IMG/VR virus record: IMGVR_UViG_3300047325_000181
Location: 4,855 to 68,854 of that record
DNA length: 64,000 nucleotides
Origin: a virus
Strand: one strand, 5' to 3'
The translations under genes were made by a program, and so were the position numbers. The notes under the pieces are model-generated. The model was not told where the DNA came from, made no database searches, and saw only the letters and a list, made by a program, of their open reading frames with translations. Shown here one piece after another: positions 27,986 to 37,737 of the stretch; position 1 is the stretch's first letter; each line of letters starts with the position of its first letter.

Positions 27986-29885
27986 TAACAGAACCCCCAA
28001 CTGATACGGGAGCTTGGAACGGGATGAGCGTTTGGTCGACTGCGAGGTGGTTAAGCGGGAGCGTCGGGGCTGCGGAGTAGCTGACGACGAGGTCGGTGCC
28101 GTTCGTGCCCGAGGGCCCGATGGCGATGGAAGACGGGTTGAAGCTCGTAATCCAGTTGGCCTGGAGCGCGAGTTCGAGGATGTCGCGCACGACCGAGAGG
28201 ATGTAGGCCGAGACCTTGACGGTGTTCCCGGCGCCGATGGCCTTCGGGGAGGCCTGCTCGACGTAGGCCTTGACGTTCGCGAGCAGGGCGTCCGAGACGC
28301 GCTGCACGGAAAGCTCGGAGAAAATCCAGGGGCTGCCATTGGACCCGTTCGGAGCGGTCGTGACCGACTGGACCACGCGTACGGAGCCGGGTCCCGCCGT
28401 CGAGACGCGCTCGAAGATGACGAGCCCGCCGAGGATGGCGCGGTCTTGGTCGCCGGTCGTCTTGAGGACTTGGTAGTCGACGTCCGCGGCCGTGGCCAGG
28501 TAGTCGAAGGTGATGGGCGTTGCGGGGCCGTTCGCGCCCGTGGCGCCATCGAGTGCAATCTGGCCGATGTAGACCCAGGCCGCGTCGACGAAGGTGAACT
28601 GGCCGGTCTGCGGGCTCAGGACGTTCAGTTTCTGCGCGCACATCGAGGAGCGCGGGCTATTGAGGGCCTGTGCTGCGGCGACGCCCGAGGAGACGACCGC
28701 GGCCGAGTTCTGAATCTTGTCCTGCGAGGGCGAGGCGCTCGTTTGGCACTGATGGACCCACGTGCGCAGGTAGCCAAGCGGGTAGAGCAGTTGGGCCTGC
28801 TGGTCCGCGGCGACTTGCGGCGCCGACGAGTAGCACCCGACGAGATGGCCGAGGTCGAAGCTCACGTCGATAAGCTCGGCGATGGCCGTTTCGTAATCGG
28901 TGTTCGTGAGCGATTGCGCGCCCGAGCCCGTTCCGCCTGAGAGCGGCGTGGCCGCCATGTTGGCCGGGACGCCGTCGACGGCGACCGCGAGCGTCAGGAG
29001 CGGCTGGTAGCCGGTTCCGACTGCTGGGGTGATGAGCGAGTTCGCTTCCATCGCGGTCTGGAGCGCGACGAGCGAGGCGAGGTTGTCGAACGCCGTTCCG
29101 GCGCCGCCAATCGTCTGCGTTTGGCCCGTAATCGGGTCCGGGTAGGTGAACGTCGTCATAAAGCCCGACGTCGTCCCCGTCGCGAACGCGACCGTGATGC
29201 TGTTGTTCCACGTTCCGGCGTCGCCCGACTCGAACGTCGCCGACACGACATCGGCGAAAGCGAGCGTCGCGCTTGAGGCCGTGAGCGTCCCCGACGCCGA
29301 CGTCTTGGTCGCCGTGAAGGAGTATTCGCCTTCGGTGCCCTCGGCAACCGCGGTTACCGTGATGACGTTGGCGTTGACCGTGACCGTGACGAGGCCGTCC
29401 AGCATCGAGTTCGCCTGAATCGCGCTTGCGAGGTGCTGCGCGATGAGGGCGTTCGTCGTGTCGCCGCTGACCGTGTCGTAGGTCGTCTCGTGACCGTCGA
29501 TAGTGACGTTGGCCACGTCCGTGCCGCCGACCCAGGTCCCGCCAACCGTGATGGTGCCCGAGGCGTGGTCCGCCGTTCCCGTGGAGATGTCGAGGGTCGC
29601 CGGGGTCTTCGTGCCCGCAACGCAAGCCACGAACCCGGACGCGCCGCCGACGTTGGCCGCGGTCTGGAGGGCATTGAGCAGCGGACCGGCGCGCAGCACT
29701 TGCTGGGCCTGCTGGATGTTGTTGAAAATGTAGACCGTGCCGGAGCCGAGGCCTCCGTCAGCGGCGCCAACCATGCAAATCGTTCCGAACGGCAGCAGTT
29801 GAAGGACGTTCTGCGTACCGATGGTCGACCGGAGGATGAAACCCGGTGCGACGATGGTCGTGCCTGCGAAGGTAAAGGTGGCCAC
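27978..29885 (-). CDS. Tail sheath protein
   Basis: 635 aa; MVGAADGG, PLSGG.G, RVVQSVTT, ELSVQRVSD sheath motifs. Confidence 0.9.
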   Translation of the reverse strand: MATFTFAGTTIVAPGFILRSTIGTQNVLQLLPFGTICMVGAADGGLGSGTVYIFNNIQQAQQVLRAGPLLNALQTAANVGGASGFVACVAGTKTPATLDISTGTADHASGTITVGGTWVGGTDVANVTIDGHETTYDTVSGDTTNALIAQHLASAIQANSMLDGLVTVTVNANVITVTAVAEGTEGEYSFTATKTSASGTLTASSATLAFADVVSATFESGDAGTWNNSITVAFATGTTSGFMTTFTYPDPITGQTQTIGGAGTAFDNLASLVALQTAMEANSLITPAVGTGYQPLLTLAVAVDGVPANMAATPLSGGTGSGAQSLTNTDYETAIAELIDVSFDLGHLVGCYSSAPQVAADQQAQLLYPLGYLRTWVHQCQTSASPSQDKIQNSAAVVSSGVAAAQALNSPRSSMCAQKLNVLSPQTGQFTFVDAAWVYIGQIALDGATGANGPATPITFDYLATAADVDYQVLKTTGDQDRAILGGLVIFERVSTAGPGSVRVVQSVTTAPNGSNGSPWIFSELSVQRVSDALLANVKAYVEQASPKAIGAGNTVKVSAYILSVVRDILELALQANWITSFNPSSIAIGPSGTNGTDLVVSYSAAPTLPLNHLAVDQTLIPFQAPVSVGGSVNG

Positions 29886-29998
29886 TAGTCAACTCCCCAC
29901 GAAAGAGTCAGTCGCGGTGCGGTCCCCCGTCGCCGGAGCGGCGGAGGGAGCCGGGAACCACTGGAAGAGGGCTTTCTTCTCCGGCCTCCGTGCTCCCG

Positions 29999-30793
29999 CT
30001 ACGGGAAGCCGGATTCGGTCGTCGTTTCCCCACCCTGGGGGTCGATGAAGGTCTGGTCTTGGGCGATGAGCTTCCCGAGTTGACCGACCCCGGCGATGAA
30101 GTCCAAGTGCGTCATAAGATAGGTCAGTGTCCGCACGAAGATGAGGGCTTCCCCGCCTGGGACGTCAAGGGTCAACCCGGCGTTGTCGACGCCGTTCTGA
30201 CGTAGGACGTTTAGATAGCCCAGGTCCATGAAAACCTTCTCGGCGGCAAACATCACGGTCTTGACCAGGAGGTAAAGCTGGTCGGCCCGGCTCTCGAAGG
30301 TGTCATAGATGTTGATTTCGATGGTTACGTCCGAGGCCTGAGTCCGCAAGAAAACCTCGGCGTCCTCGGGCAGCGTGTTCGAGTTCGTCACGATGTTGCC
30401 GCCCGCGGAGGTGCGCTGATTGAATCCCTGCGCGACCTCTCCGGCCGAAATCCGGCGCGCAACGTCGGCCGCGCGCGCGACCTGGATGACCGGCTGCGGC
30501 GTCGTCGTGGCATGCGCGAGGTCGGTCACCGAGTTGACGTTGTAGATGCGTAGGAGCGAGGCCTGAAAGGTACCGTCCTTGATGACCGGGATGCTCCCGA
30601 GCGGCTGGCCGAACTGCGCGAGCGCCGCCTTGAGGATGACGCAGACGTCCGACTTCGCATCACGCGGCAGCGGCCAGACGACGTTGACGTCATCGGGAGT
30701 GGTGAGGTCGGGATTCGTGCTCTCATCAGAGACGACCGTCAGTTGATTCGAGATGAAGAGCATGGCGCCAAGCTGCGCGCGACGGACGCTCAT
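29999..30793 (-). CDS. Tail terminator / neck protein
   Basis: Position upstream of sheath. Confidence 0.55.
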   Translation of the reverse strand: MSVRRAQLGAMLFISNQLTVVSDESTNPDLTTPDDVNVVWPLPRDAKSDVCVILKAALAQFGQPLGSIPVIKDGTFQASLLRIYNVNSVTDLAHATTTPQPVIQVARAADVARRISAGEVAQGFNQRTSAGGNIVTNSNTLPEDAEVFLRTQASDVTIEINIYDTFESRADQLYLLVKTVMFAAEKVFMDLGYLNVLRQNGVDNAGLTLDVPGGEALIFVRTLTYLMTHLDFIAGVGQLGKLIAQDQTFIDPQGGETTTESGFP

Positions 30794-31431
30794 CGGTTAT
30801 TCTCCACGAAGCGTTGCCACGAGGCCTCGATGTCGGCGACGAAGAGCGGCTTGATAGTCTCGCCCGCGGCTTCCATAAACGGCCGGGCCGGTTGTTGCGG
30901 GATTATCCAGCCCTTCGAGTTCGGGCCGACTTTGCGGAACGCGATGTAGGCGCTGCCCCGGAGCGCGCCGGTCGACGCGACCTTCTGGACCTTTGTGAAG
31001 CCGGTTGGGCTCCCGCCGTTCGCTTTCGACCAGCGATTGGCTGCGAGCGCAATCGGGGTCGGGACGGGCAGCGGGACCGTCTTGCCCATGAGAAACGGTT
31101 TCATGTCAACCGGCCCGCGGGTGCCCTGCTCGACGTCCGCGGCGTACTCGGCCGTGGCGCTCACGACGCCCGTCAGCGCGTTCGGGAACGAGGCCTGAAT
31201 CGAGCGCGCGAGCTTGCCAGTCTGGCGCTGAATCGTGAAGCTGCCCTTCGAGTAGGTCACGATGCCGCCCGAGACGTTCTTGACAGCCTGGCGCTGCGCG
31301 GCAATCGTCCACTTGCGCACGATGGCCTGCATTTCGCGAATCTGCGTCGCGGAATCCGCGAGCGCGCGCGCAAGCTCCTCGCCGTCCTTGAGCTTGAGAT
31401 TGAGGTCGTAGGAAATCGACTCGCGGCCCAT
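30790..31431 (-). CDS. HK97 gp10-like neck protein
   Basis: TGKLARSI..AEYAADVEQGT..PARPFMEAA. Confidence 0.75.
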   Translation of the reverse strand: MGRESISYDLNLKLKDGEELARALADSATQIREMQAIVRKWTIAAQRQAVKNVSGGIVTYSKGSFTIQRQTGKLARSIQASFPNALTGVVSATAEYAADVEQGTRGPVDMKPFLMGKTVPLPVPTPIALAANRWSKANGGSPTGFTKVQKVASTGALRGSAYIAFRKVGPNSKGWIIPQQPARPFMEAAGETIKPLFVADIEASWQRFVENNR

Positions 31432-31955
31432 CAGAGCGTATCCGCTTTCACGAGGAGCTTCCAGGCGAACCGGACGTTCGCGTCAACAAGCGGAACCGGC
31501 CGGACCTTGGCCTGCCAGCGGCGCCCGTCAACGATGAAGCGGTCGAAGGTCATCGTCGGCTGCGAGGGGTCGCGGATGACCGCAAAGTTGCCGTCCTGAT
31601 ACGCTGCGTAGAGCATGGGGCTGAGCGGGAAGATGCAGTTGGCCGGGTCGGCCACGAAGGGGAGCGCGAAGCAAAGCTCCGCATCGCCCGCCTCGACGCC
31701 GCCGTAGTGCGCCCAGAACGCATTGAGGTTCTTATTCGTGAAGTATGCCCGCAGGTTGACATACGGCAGGTACGACTCCCCGAGGTTCCCCGAGGGCGTG
31801 TAGGTCGCAGAGCCGGGCGTCCCGACGCCGCCAATCGAGACCTGCGGCTGGCCGAAGTAGGGGTCGATAGACGTGGCCGCCGGAGGAAGAGCATGTGCCC
31901 ACTGGACGATGCTCCCCCTACGCCGTATGAGCGCCTGGACGGCGGCCACGTTCAT
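31431..31955 (-). CDS. Head closure / stopper-like protein
   Basis: Position; DRFIVDGRRWQ motif. Confidence 0.55.
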   Translation of the reverse strand: MNVAAVQALIRRRGSIVQWAHALPPAATSIDPYFGQPQVSIGGVGTPGSATYTPSGNLGESYLPYVNLRAYFTNKNLNAFWAHYGGVEAGDAELCFALPFVADPANCIFPLSPMLYAAYQDGNFAVIRDPSQPTMTFDRFIVDGRRWQAKVRPVPLVDANVRFAWKLLVKADTL

Positions 31956-31958
31956 CGC

Positions 31959-32459
31959 TTACTCCCCGGTGTCTGACTCCGCCATTTTGGCAGCCTTCCG
32001 AGCCGCATTCGCGGTTCGCGTGGCGTTCTTCTGCCGAGCGGCTTCGAGCGCGGCTTCCTTCTCTTGCTCGATTTGCTTGGCTCCAGCCGCGGCGCGCGGG
32101 TCGGCCATCGTCTGGTCGCCTTCGGTCGCAGGGAGGAACGGCCCCATATCCTTGACGCCGTACGTGTCGGGCACCGGGATGGCCATGCCAGCCGGGTACC
32201 AGTATTTCGCGTTTCCGGCCTCGGAGGCGCGCTCGTTCTCTTTGCTCTCGACGATGAACGCGGCCTCGGCGGGGGTCATGTAGCACTTCCAGTTACGGAA
32301 CTGCCGGAAGTAGTTGATTTCCTTCGCTTCCTCTTTGCCGTCGATGTTTTCGACACGCCAGCCGCGGCCGACGCGAACCCGCGCCTCGCGGTAACGGGAC
32401 TGAACCAAGACTTTGACGGACGAGCGCTCGGCCGTCTCACGGTCTGATGTTTGTGGCAC
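31959..32459 (-). CDS. Hypothetical late protein
   Basis: GTG start with GAGGAG SD embedded in the conserved box. Confidence 0.65.
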   Translation of the reverse strand: MPQTSDRETAERSSVKVLVQSRYREARVRVGRGWRVENIDGKEEAKEINYFRQFRNWKCYMTPAEAAFIVESKENERASEAGNAKYWYPAGMAIPVPDTYGVKDMGPFLPATEGDQTMADPRAAAGAKQIEQEKEAALEAARQKNATRTANAARKAAKMAESDTGE

Positions 32460-32466
32460 TGAGAAA

Positions 32467-32505
32467 TCTCCTCACAGGTGGGACTTTATTCCGGCCCACG
32501 AAACC
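32467..32505 (-). promoter_or_regulatory. Putative antisense target (boxes B and A) covering RBS of 31959-32459
   Basis: GGTTTCGTGGG..CCCACCTGTGAGGAGA; 16-nt match to 3946-3961. Confidence 0.65.
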
Positions 32506-32543
32506 GGCGAGGTTTGACTTCTTGAGTCAGGGGATAGCGCCTG

Positions 32544-33629
32544 CTAAATCACCATCTGGTTGGCGTACTTCGAGAGCAGCGTCTTGATGATGTTCTCGTC
32601 GTCCTTGTCGATGGCGCCGCCGTACGGTTCAGAGCCGTACGATTCACTCGCTCCGTCGACCGAGAGGCTCGCGAGCCCATTCGAGAGCGAGTACCAGTTC
32701 TGCCGCCGGATGCGATTGGCAACAAGGCGCGCGACGGCCATCGAGACGCCCGCGGGAATCCCCGAGGACCAGTCGATGCCGACCGCAGGCGTTCCGGTAT
32801 CGCCGCCGGTTCCCGGCTTCGTCTGGATGACGAGGCCGTTGCCTGGCGGGTCCGCGGTGCCGGGCGGGTTGAATTGCAGCGGCGTCCCGTCGAGGTAGTT
32901 GATGGGCGGGAACCCGAAACTGTAGTGCGTTTCGATGTTCATGTCGCCGGGCGTGAACGTATAGTTCCAGAGCGGCAGCGACACGCCAGCGTAGAGGACG
33001 CGCGGGGGAATCGTCAGCGTCCGGCGCCGCGTGTCGACCAGGAGGTCGGCGTCCTCGATGCCGGTCGGGTAGATGGGGCCGCTCGCGTTAACCGCGGCCT
33101 CGTAGACGTTGATGGGGAAGGTCTCGGGGCCCGGCGGGAACGGCTCCTGCGACCCGATGGCGAGGAACTCGGAGCCGTCGAGCTTGCGCGGCCGGACGAA
33201 GTGATACCAGACGTTCGACGGCAGGATGCGGATGAAGACCGTTGTCACTTCGAGGATGTTGCGGTCGGGAAGCGTGATGACCGGCCCACCGGAGCCGTCG
33301 AAGAAGCGCACGACATAGCAGAAGTCGTACGGCGAGCGAAGCTCCTTAACGACGAAGTCCGTGACCTCTTGGATGTAGAGGTTGACGAGCGTATTGAAAG
33401 CGTCGAGGGTGCCGTTGCAGTCCAGGAAGTTTTGTAAGTTCGTGCCGAGCAGTACCGACATGACCTGCCGCGGGCTGCAATGCGGGCGCGGGTCTTGGTC
33501 GGTGTAGACCATCCGGGCCGGAATTGTGTACGGCCAGAAGGCCACGCCCGGCTGCTGCGGGATGGGGTTCGGCGGATTGGTGGGCGGATTGCTCGGGTTC
33601 GCGAACACCGGCCCGAAATTAGAACTCAC
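32544..33629 (-). CDS. Head-tail adaptor / neck protein
   Basis: IPAGVSMAVARLV..SLSVDGASESY motif of gp6/gp15-like adaptors. Confidence 0.7.
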   Translation of the reverse strand: MSSNFGPVFANPSNPPTNPPNPIPQQPGVAFWPYTIPARMVYTDQDPRPHCSPRQVMSVLLGTNLQNFLDCNGTLDAFNTLVNLYIQEVTDFVVKELRSPYDFCYVVRFFDGSGGPVITLPDRNILEVTTVFIRILPSNVWYHFVRPRKLDGSEFLAIGSQEPFPPGPETFPINVYEAAVNASGPIYPTGIEDADLLVDTRRRTLTIPPRVLYAGVSLPLWNYTFTPGDMNIETHYSFGFPPINYLDGTPLQFNPPGTADPPGNGLVIQTKPGTGGDTGTPAVGIDWSSGIPAGVSMAVARLVANRIRRQNWYSLSNGLASLSVDGASESYGSEPYGGAIDKDDENIIKTLLSKYANQMVI

Positions 33630-33644
33630 AGGCGCATCCTCACT

Positions 33645-34352
33645 TTAAGAGGGCCATTCGCCAAACGAGTCAATTTCCCGGGGTTTCGCATCGAAGAGCG
33701 AGGGCCCACGTACGGAGGGATGCAGCTTTGCGCCTTGCTTCGAGTTGCACAATTGGCACTGCGCTGCGATATTGAATGCGGCGTTCGAGCCGCCAAGAAC
33801 GAGCGGGCGGAGATGCCCGCGCGTCGGGGCGAGGCCCGGACCAAACTCGCGCTTGCAGTCAATGCAGCGATTCTTCTGGCGCTTCACGATGGCGGCAAAC
33901 TCGGCGGCCGTATGATGCGGACCGAGAGCGCCACGCTTACGGGCTCGGCGACTTGCTTTACTGGCGCGCACCTTATCAGTATTCGCGGCGGCCCAGGCGG
34001 CTCTATTGGCGCGCAGCTTATCAGCATTCGCGGCGGCCCAGGCGGCTGCGCTGGTGCGTTCCTTATCGGGATTCGCGGCCCGCCAGGCGGCTTTGAGGGC
34101 GCGCGCCTTATCGGGATTCGCGGCCCGCCAGGCGGCTGCGCTGGTGCGTTCCTTATCGGGATTCGCGGCCCGCCAGGCGGCTTTGAGGGCGCGCACCTTA
34201 TCGGGATTCGCGGCCCGCCAGGCGGCTGCGCTGGCGTTAGCACAGGGCCTACAGCGAGTCTGGCGCCCGTCGCCTCTGCTCGCATTTCGACCAAACTCTT
34301 CAAGTGACTTCGTCGTGCCGCAGCCTCTGCAACGCTTAGACCCGGTTGGCAT
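33645..34352 (-). CDS. Free-standing HNH endonuclease with tandem 15-aa repeats
   Basis: CRGC..CRPC N-terminus; RCIDC..TRGHLRPLVLGGSN..NIAAQCQLCN; leaderless start. Confidence 0.9.
   Translation of the reverse strand: MPTGSKRCRGCGTTKSLEEFGRNASRGDGRQTRCRPCANASAAAWRAANPDKVRALKAAWRAANPDKERTSAAAWRAANPDKARALKAAWRAANPDKERTSAAAWAAANADKLRANRAAWAAANTDKVRASKASRRARKRGALGPHHTAAEFAAIVKRQKNRCIDCKREFGPGLAPTRGHLRPLVLGGSNAAFNIAAQCQLCNSKQGAKLHPSVRGPSLFDAKPREIDSFGEWPS
33960..34229 (-). repeat. Six tandem 45-bp units (xAAWRAANPDKxRxx) inside HNH gene
   Basis: Direct inspection; two alternating unit types give a 90-bp super-period. Confidence 0.9.
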
Positions 34353-34359
34353 CGCCCCG

Positions 34360-34388
34360 ATGATACCAGACGGCGCCTGATTTCTCAA
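34360..34388 (-). promoter_or_regulatory. Dedicated promoter for HNH 33645-34352
   Basis: TTGAGA-17-TATCAT, ATG 7 nt downstream. Confidence 0.7.
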
Positions 34389-34468
34389 AGGAGGCCCCGA
34401 CCCCGGCTCAAATCGACACGCTGCGCACAGTGAGCCGCTCCCGGGGCAGGGGTTTTGAGGGGGTTCAA

Positions 34469-34693
34469 TTAGGCGGCCGCCGGAGCCTCGCGCTTCCTCT
34501 TCGCGTCCCAGGCCGACTTTGCCGCCCGGTTGCACTCACGGCAGCCCTTCTTTTGGCCTTCGACCCACGGGTGGAGCCCCTTGGCGCAGCGGCTCGGGTC
34601 GGCGCGCTTCGTCGACGGCTTGCCCTTTTTCGCGGCCGACATCTTCGCCTTGGCTTCGGCGGTCCGCTTCTGGCCGAAGTCAAATGATAACAA
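34469..34693 (-). pseudogene. NUMOD3-containing homing endonuclease remnant
   Basis: GQKRTAEAKAKMSAAKKGK (NUMOD3) plus CAKGLH..CREC; no nuclease domain. Confidence 0.55.
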
Positions 34694-34726
34694 AATCCGC
34701 TCCTTTTTTCAAGCGAGCGGATTTTG
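34684..34726 (-). promoter_or_regulatory. Promoter embedded in a 12-bp inverted repeat
   Basis: TTGAAA-17-TATCAT; CAAAATCCGCTC (34691-34702) / GAGCGGATTTTG (34715-34726). Confidence 0.55.
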
Positions 34727-34735
34727 CGGTTTTCG

Positions 34736-34760
34736 GAAAAACCCTTATTGCGTAAGGGTT
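34736..34760 (-). terminator. Intrinsic terminator after major capsid gene
   Basis: AACCCTTA-CGCAA-TAAGGGTT followed by T run. Confidence 0.7.
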
Positions 34761-34777
34761 AGCGGAGCAAAAGTCCG

Positions 34778-35845
34778 CTAGTTGTAGACCGGCGTGAGCG
34801 TCGAGTTGACGCCTTCGAGCAGACCCTGGTACTGGGTCACGCCAATCTGGAGCATCGTCGTCTCGTACACGATGCCGCGGTCGGCCGTCGTGATAGATTG
34901 CAGGTCGCGGTAGTGGACCGGGTCCACGTCGACCATCTCGACCACGTTGCCCGAGTTCTTGTCGTCCTGGGTTGCGTCGTCGAGGAAGATGACCCGTTCG
35001 AGGCCCGAGCCGTCGGGAATCATGTACTGGTCGGCGATGAGGTCGACCGAGCCCGTACCGAAATCCCACGTTTCGAGCGCGAAACCGGCCTTGTAGGCGG
35101 TGCCCGAGGACGGGGTCATTTGGCGGATGGCGTACAGCGACCCGAGCATCTGCGTGAGAAGCTCCATGATGGTGTACGACATGATGAGCGCGCGGACGCG
35201 GCCACCGGCGAGCTTGATGGCGAAGCACTGCTGGCGGATTTGCTGGTAGGCGAGCGCGGCGCCGCCTCCGGCCGATACGTCCAGAATGTTGAAGCCGTCT
35301 TGCTGGATTTGCGTGATGAGGCCGTCGAACGCGAGGCCGCCCGTCGCACCGGAGTCGCCGTTGAGGATGAAATACTCCTCGGCGAGACCGACGTTAATCA
35401 TCTTGACGCGCTTTTGCTGCGCGAAGATGTCGATGAAGCTCGCGTCCTGCGCTTCGTCCTGCCACGCCACGATGACCAGGTCACCGATGTTCGAGTAGGG
35501 GCGCGAGACGTACTGGTACTGCGGGTCGATGGACTGCGGAAGGCCGCCCTTCGTGAAGGCCGCTCCCGTCGGGTCCGTGCCCAGATACTTGGTCGTGTTC
35601 TCGGTCAGACCGAGATTCGAGACCAGCTTGTAGAAGGCGTGGGCCTTACCGTTGCCCTTTTTGCGGGACAGGCGGTTGCGAACCGGCGTATCGAGGTTCG
35701 CGGCCAGCTTCAGGTCGTCTTCGAGGTCCTGACGAACCACTTCCAGACCCACGACGGCAGTGTTCGACTTCCGAATCTCGTCGAACTTTTGAAGCTGCCG
35801 GAGGATGGTCTCCGGGTTGAGTAGCTCGCTCGTAATCTTCGCCAC
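34778..35845 (-). CDS. Major capsid protein (HK97 fold)
   Basis: 355 aa after scaffold and protease; AEEYFILNGDS..FDGL motif. Confidence 0.85.
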   Translation of the reverse strand: MAKITSELLNPETILRQLQKFDEIRKSNTAVVGLEVVRQDLEDDLKLAANLDTPVRNRLSRKKGNGKAHAFYKLVSNLGLTENTTKYLGTDPTGAAFTKGGLPQSIDPQYQYVSRPYSNIGDLVIVAWQDEAQDASFIDIFAQQKRVKMINVGLAEEYFILNGDSGATGGLAFDGLITQIQQDGFNILDVSAGGGAALAYQQIRQQCFAIKLAGGRVRALIMSYTIMELLTQMLGSLYAIRQMTPSSGTAYKAGFALETWDFGTGSVDLIADQYMIPDGSGLERVIFLDDATQDDKNSGNVVEMVDVDPVHYRDLQSITTADRGIVYETTMLQIGVTQYQGLLEGVNSTLTPVYN

Positions 35846-35851
35846 GGAAGG

Positions 35852-35908
35852 TTCTCCTCACAGGTGGGACTTGATGCTGGGGAACCCGCTTTGCCCGGCC
35901 ACGAACCG
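35852..35908 (-). promoter_or_regulatory. Putative antisense target (boxes B and A) covering the capsid RBS
   Basis: CGGTTCGTGGCC (12-nt match to 3916-3927) and CCCACCTGTGAGGAGAA (17-nt match to 3946-3962). Confidence 0.7.
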
Positions 35909-35934
35909 AGCGAACGGAGGGGGAAGGTTTGGTG

Positions 35935-36810
35935 CTAGACCCGGACTCCGGCGGCAGCGGCCTGCTTGTAGAGTTCGGCGAGCGCGGTCTCGGCGCGCAT
36001 GATTTCGTTCGAGACTTTGCCCTTGCGCAGATTCTCTTGGTCCGTCAGCGCAATCTTGTTGTTCGCTTTTTCCAGGAACGACGTGCGCTCCTGTTTCAGC
36101 GTTTCGATGCTGGCGCGCAGGTCGGCGGCCATTTTCTTCAGGTCGCCTTCGGCCGTCCCGTCGGAGGTGTTCTCGGTTTTGCCCTTCTCGATGACGGCTC
36201 CGGCCGCGCCTTGACGCGGTTGGATGACCTTCTCGCCACCGGCGATGCGCGCTTCGAGCGCTTTCGCCAAGTCCTCGAACTTGTCGTTGAGCATCTTCTC
36301 GATGGTCGCCTTCGAGACGGCGCCGTTTCCGGCGGCCCGGCGCGCATCGCGCTTCGCGATAGCGGCCTGAGCTTTGGCGAGGTCGCCCGCACGGACGGCC
36401 TTGACGGCTTCGTCCATGTCGTTCATTTCGCCCGATTCGTTGTTCGGGTCGCCGTAGACGTCTTCGTCCGCGAGTCCGGCACCCTTCATAATCATGCCTC
36501 GGCACTTGTCGAGCGCCTGGACGTGGGCTTTCGCCTCGTCGGCCTCGGGCCACTGGCTTTCGCCTTCGCCCACGCTCATGTTCGCTGCGTCGTCGGTGTC
36601 GCCGCCCTCTTCGCCGTAGCCGGACTCGGCGAGGTCTTCCTTGCGGATGACCGCGATGTCGGCATTCTTGGAGAGAACGATGTTCCCGTCCTTATCCTTG
36701 CCGACCACGTCGGCGTCGGACACGACGAAGAACTTGGCGTCGGTCTTGGCCTTGGCAACGGCGTCGGTTTTCGCGAAATCGTTGAGGGCGGAAATCTTCT
36801 TGTTCGGCAC
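35935..36810 (-). CDS. Capsid scaffold-like protein
   Basis: Acidic/coiled-coil, between protease and capsid. Confidence 0.7.
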   Translation of the reverse strand: MPNKKISALNDFAKTDAVAKAKTDAKFFVVSDADVVGKDKDGNIVLSKNADIAVIRKEDLAESGYGEEGGDTDDAANMSVGEGESQWPEADEAKAHVQALDKCRGMIMKGAGLADEDVYGDPNNESGEMNDMDEAVKAVRAGDLAKAQAAIAKRDARRAAGNGAVSKATIEKMLNDKFEDLAKALEARIAGGEKVIQPRQGAAGAVIEKGKTENTSDGTAEGDLKKMAADLRASIETLKQERTSFLEKANNKIALTDQENLRKGKVSNEIMRAETALAELYKQAAAAGVRV

Positions 36811-36821
36811 TGACCGGCTCC

Positions 36822-37412
36822 TTAACTCAGCATGTCGGAGGCTTTAGGCCCGACCATTTGAGCGGCTTTGATGAGGGAGCCCGTGACCCCTGTCCCGATG
36901 CGCCCTGATTTTTCGACCGCGGTGATGACGCACTTCCCGTTTGCCGGAACGTCCACGAGCGAAAGCTCGTCGAGTCGGTACTCGGTGATACGTCGACACT
37001 TCTTTCCGCGCGCATCCTTCGAGGGACCTGCGTCAATGACGCCACCTCCGATGGACGACCCGGTAAGGGTGCCGTCAAGCACCTTCTTCCACGTCGACTC
37101 AGCCCCTTCGGAAATGTGGATGCCGACGTAGACTTTTTTGGCAGCGCGGTCGGCGACGACCTTGATGGCGCGGCCCGCGGCAATCGGCTGGTGCATCTCG
37201 CGGATGTTCCCGTGCCAGCGCTTGAAGGCGCGGACGGTGGCATCGAAGTCGACGATGTCGCCCTGGGAATCGGCGACGGAATCTTCGGACTGGCCGACCA
37301 CCCAAACGGTGCGCGCGGCTTTATCGACCCGGTCGAACTTGAGGAAAATATGGCCCGACCGCAACCCAGCGGCGAGCGACGTCGAGGCAACGGGGGCCGG
37401 GCTAAGATTCAT
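36822..37412 (-). CDS. Prohead protease (HK97/XkdF type)
   Basis: DSQGD..NIREMHQ..LTGSSIGG..ELSLVDVPAN. Confidence 0.85.
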   Translation of the reverse strand: MNLSPAPVASTSLAAGLRSGHIFLKFDRVDKAARTVWVVGQSEDSVADSQGDIVDFDATVRAFKRWHGNIREMHQPIAAGRAIKVVADRAAKKVYVGIHISEGAESTWKKVLDGTLTGSSIGGGVIDAGPSKDARGKKCRRITEYRLDELSLVDVPANGKCVITAVEKSGRIGTGVTGSLIKAAQMVGPKASDMLS

Positions 37413-37737
37413 TTTCCTTGTCTCCGAGGCCGAAACGCTCCATCCCGAGCGCCTTGAGAACGAACGGCACGACTTGCTTCGCGAGGACCGCGGCGTCCGC
37501 TGTCGTCACTTCCACATTCTCGCCGCTGATGACGGCGTAGAGACCGTAGTCTCCGATGTGAATGTCCTTGACGGCCCGGGTGAGTTCCTGGGCGACCTTT
37601 TGGCGCACCTCGGGGTCCGGGTCGAGGATTTTGAAGTGGACGATGATTTTCTGCTCGTCCGGCTTCGTGAGATTAAAAGGGAGGGTGGCTCGCCCCGAGC
37701 GGGGTCCGCCATACCCTCCAATTCGGTCGCCGTTCAC
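37402..37737 (-). CDS. Hypothetical protein
   Basis: Coupled in head operon. Confidence 0.6.
   Translation of the reverse strand: MNGDRIGGYGGPRSGRATLPFNLTKPDEQKIIVHFKILDPDPEVRQKVAQELTRAVKDIHIGDYGLYAVISGENVEVTTADAAVLAKQVVPFVLKALGMERFGLGDKENES

Noticed and set aside
27986-28558. N-terminal extension of ORF 27425-28558
   Set aside because: Alternate frame inside the sheath gene; the HNH starts at 27985.
33960-34229. Tandem repeats as a CRISPR array
   Set aside because: No unique spacers; in-frame coding repeats.
26071-34693. Group I introns around the HNH genes
   Set aside because: Flanking genes look complete with their own stops and I saw no P/Q/R/S core; the nucleases appear free-standing.
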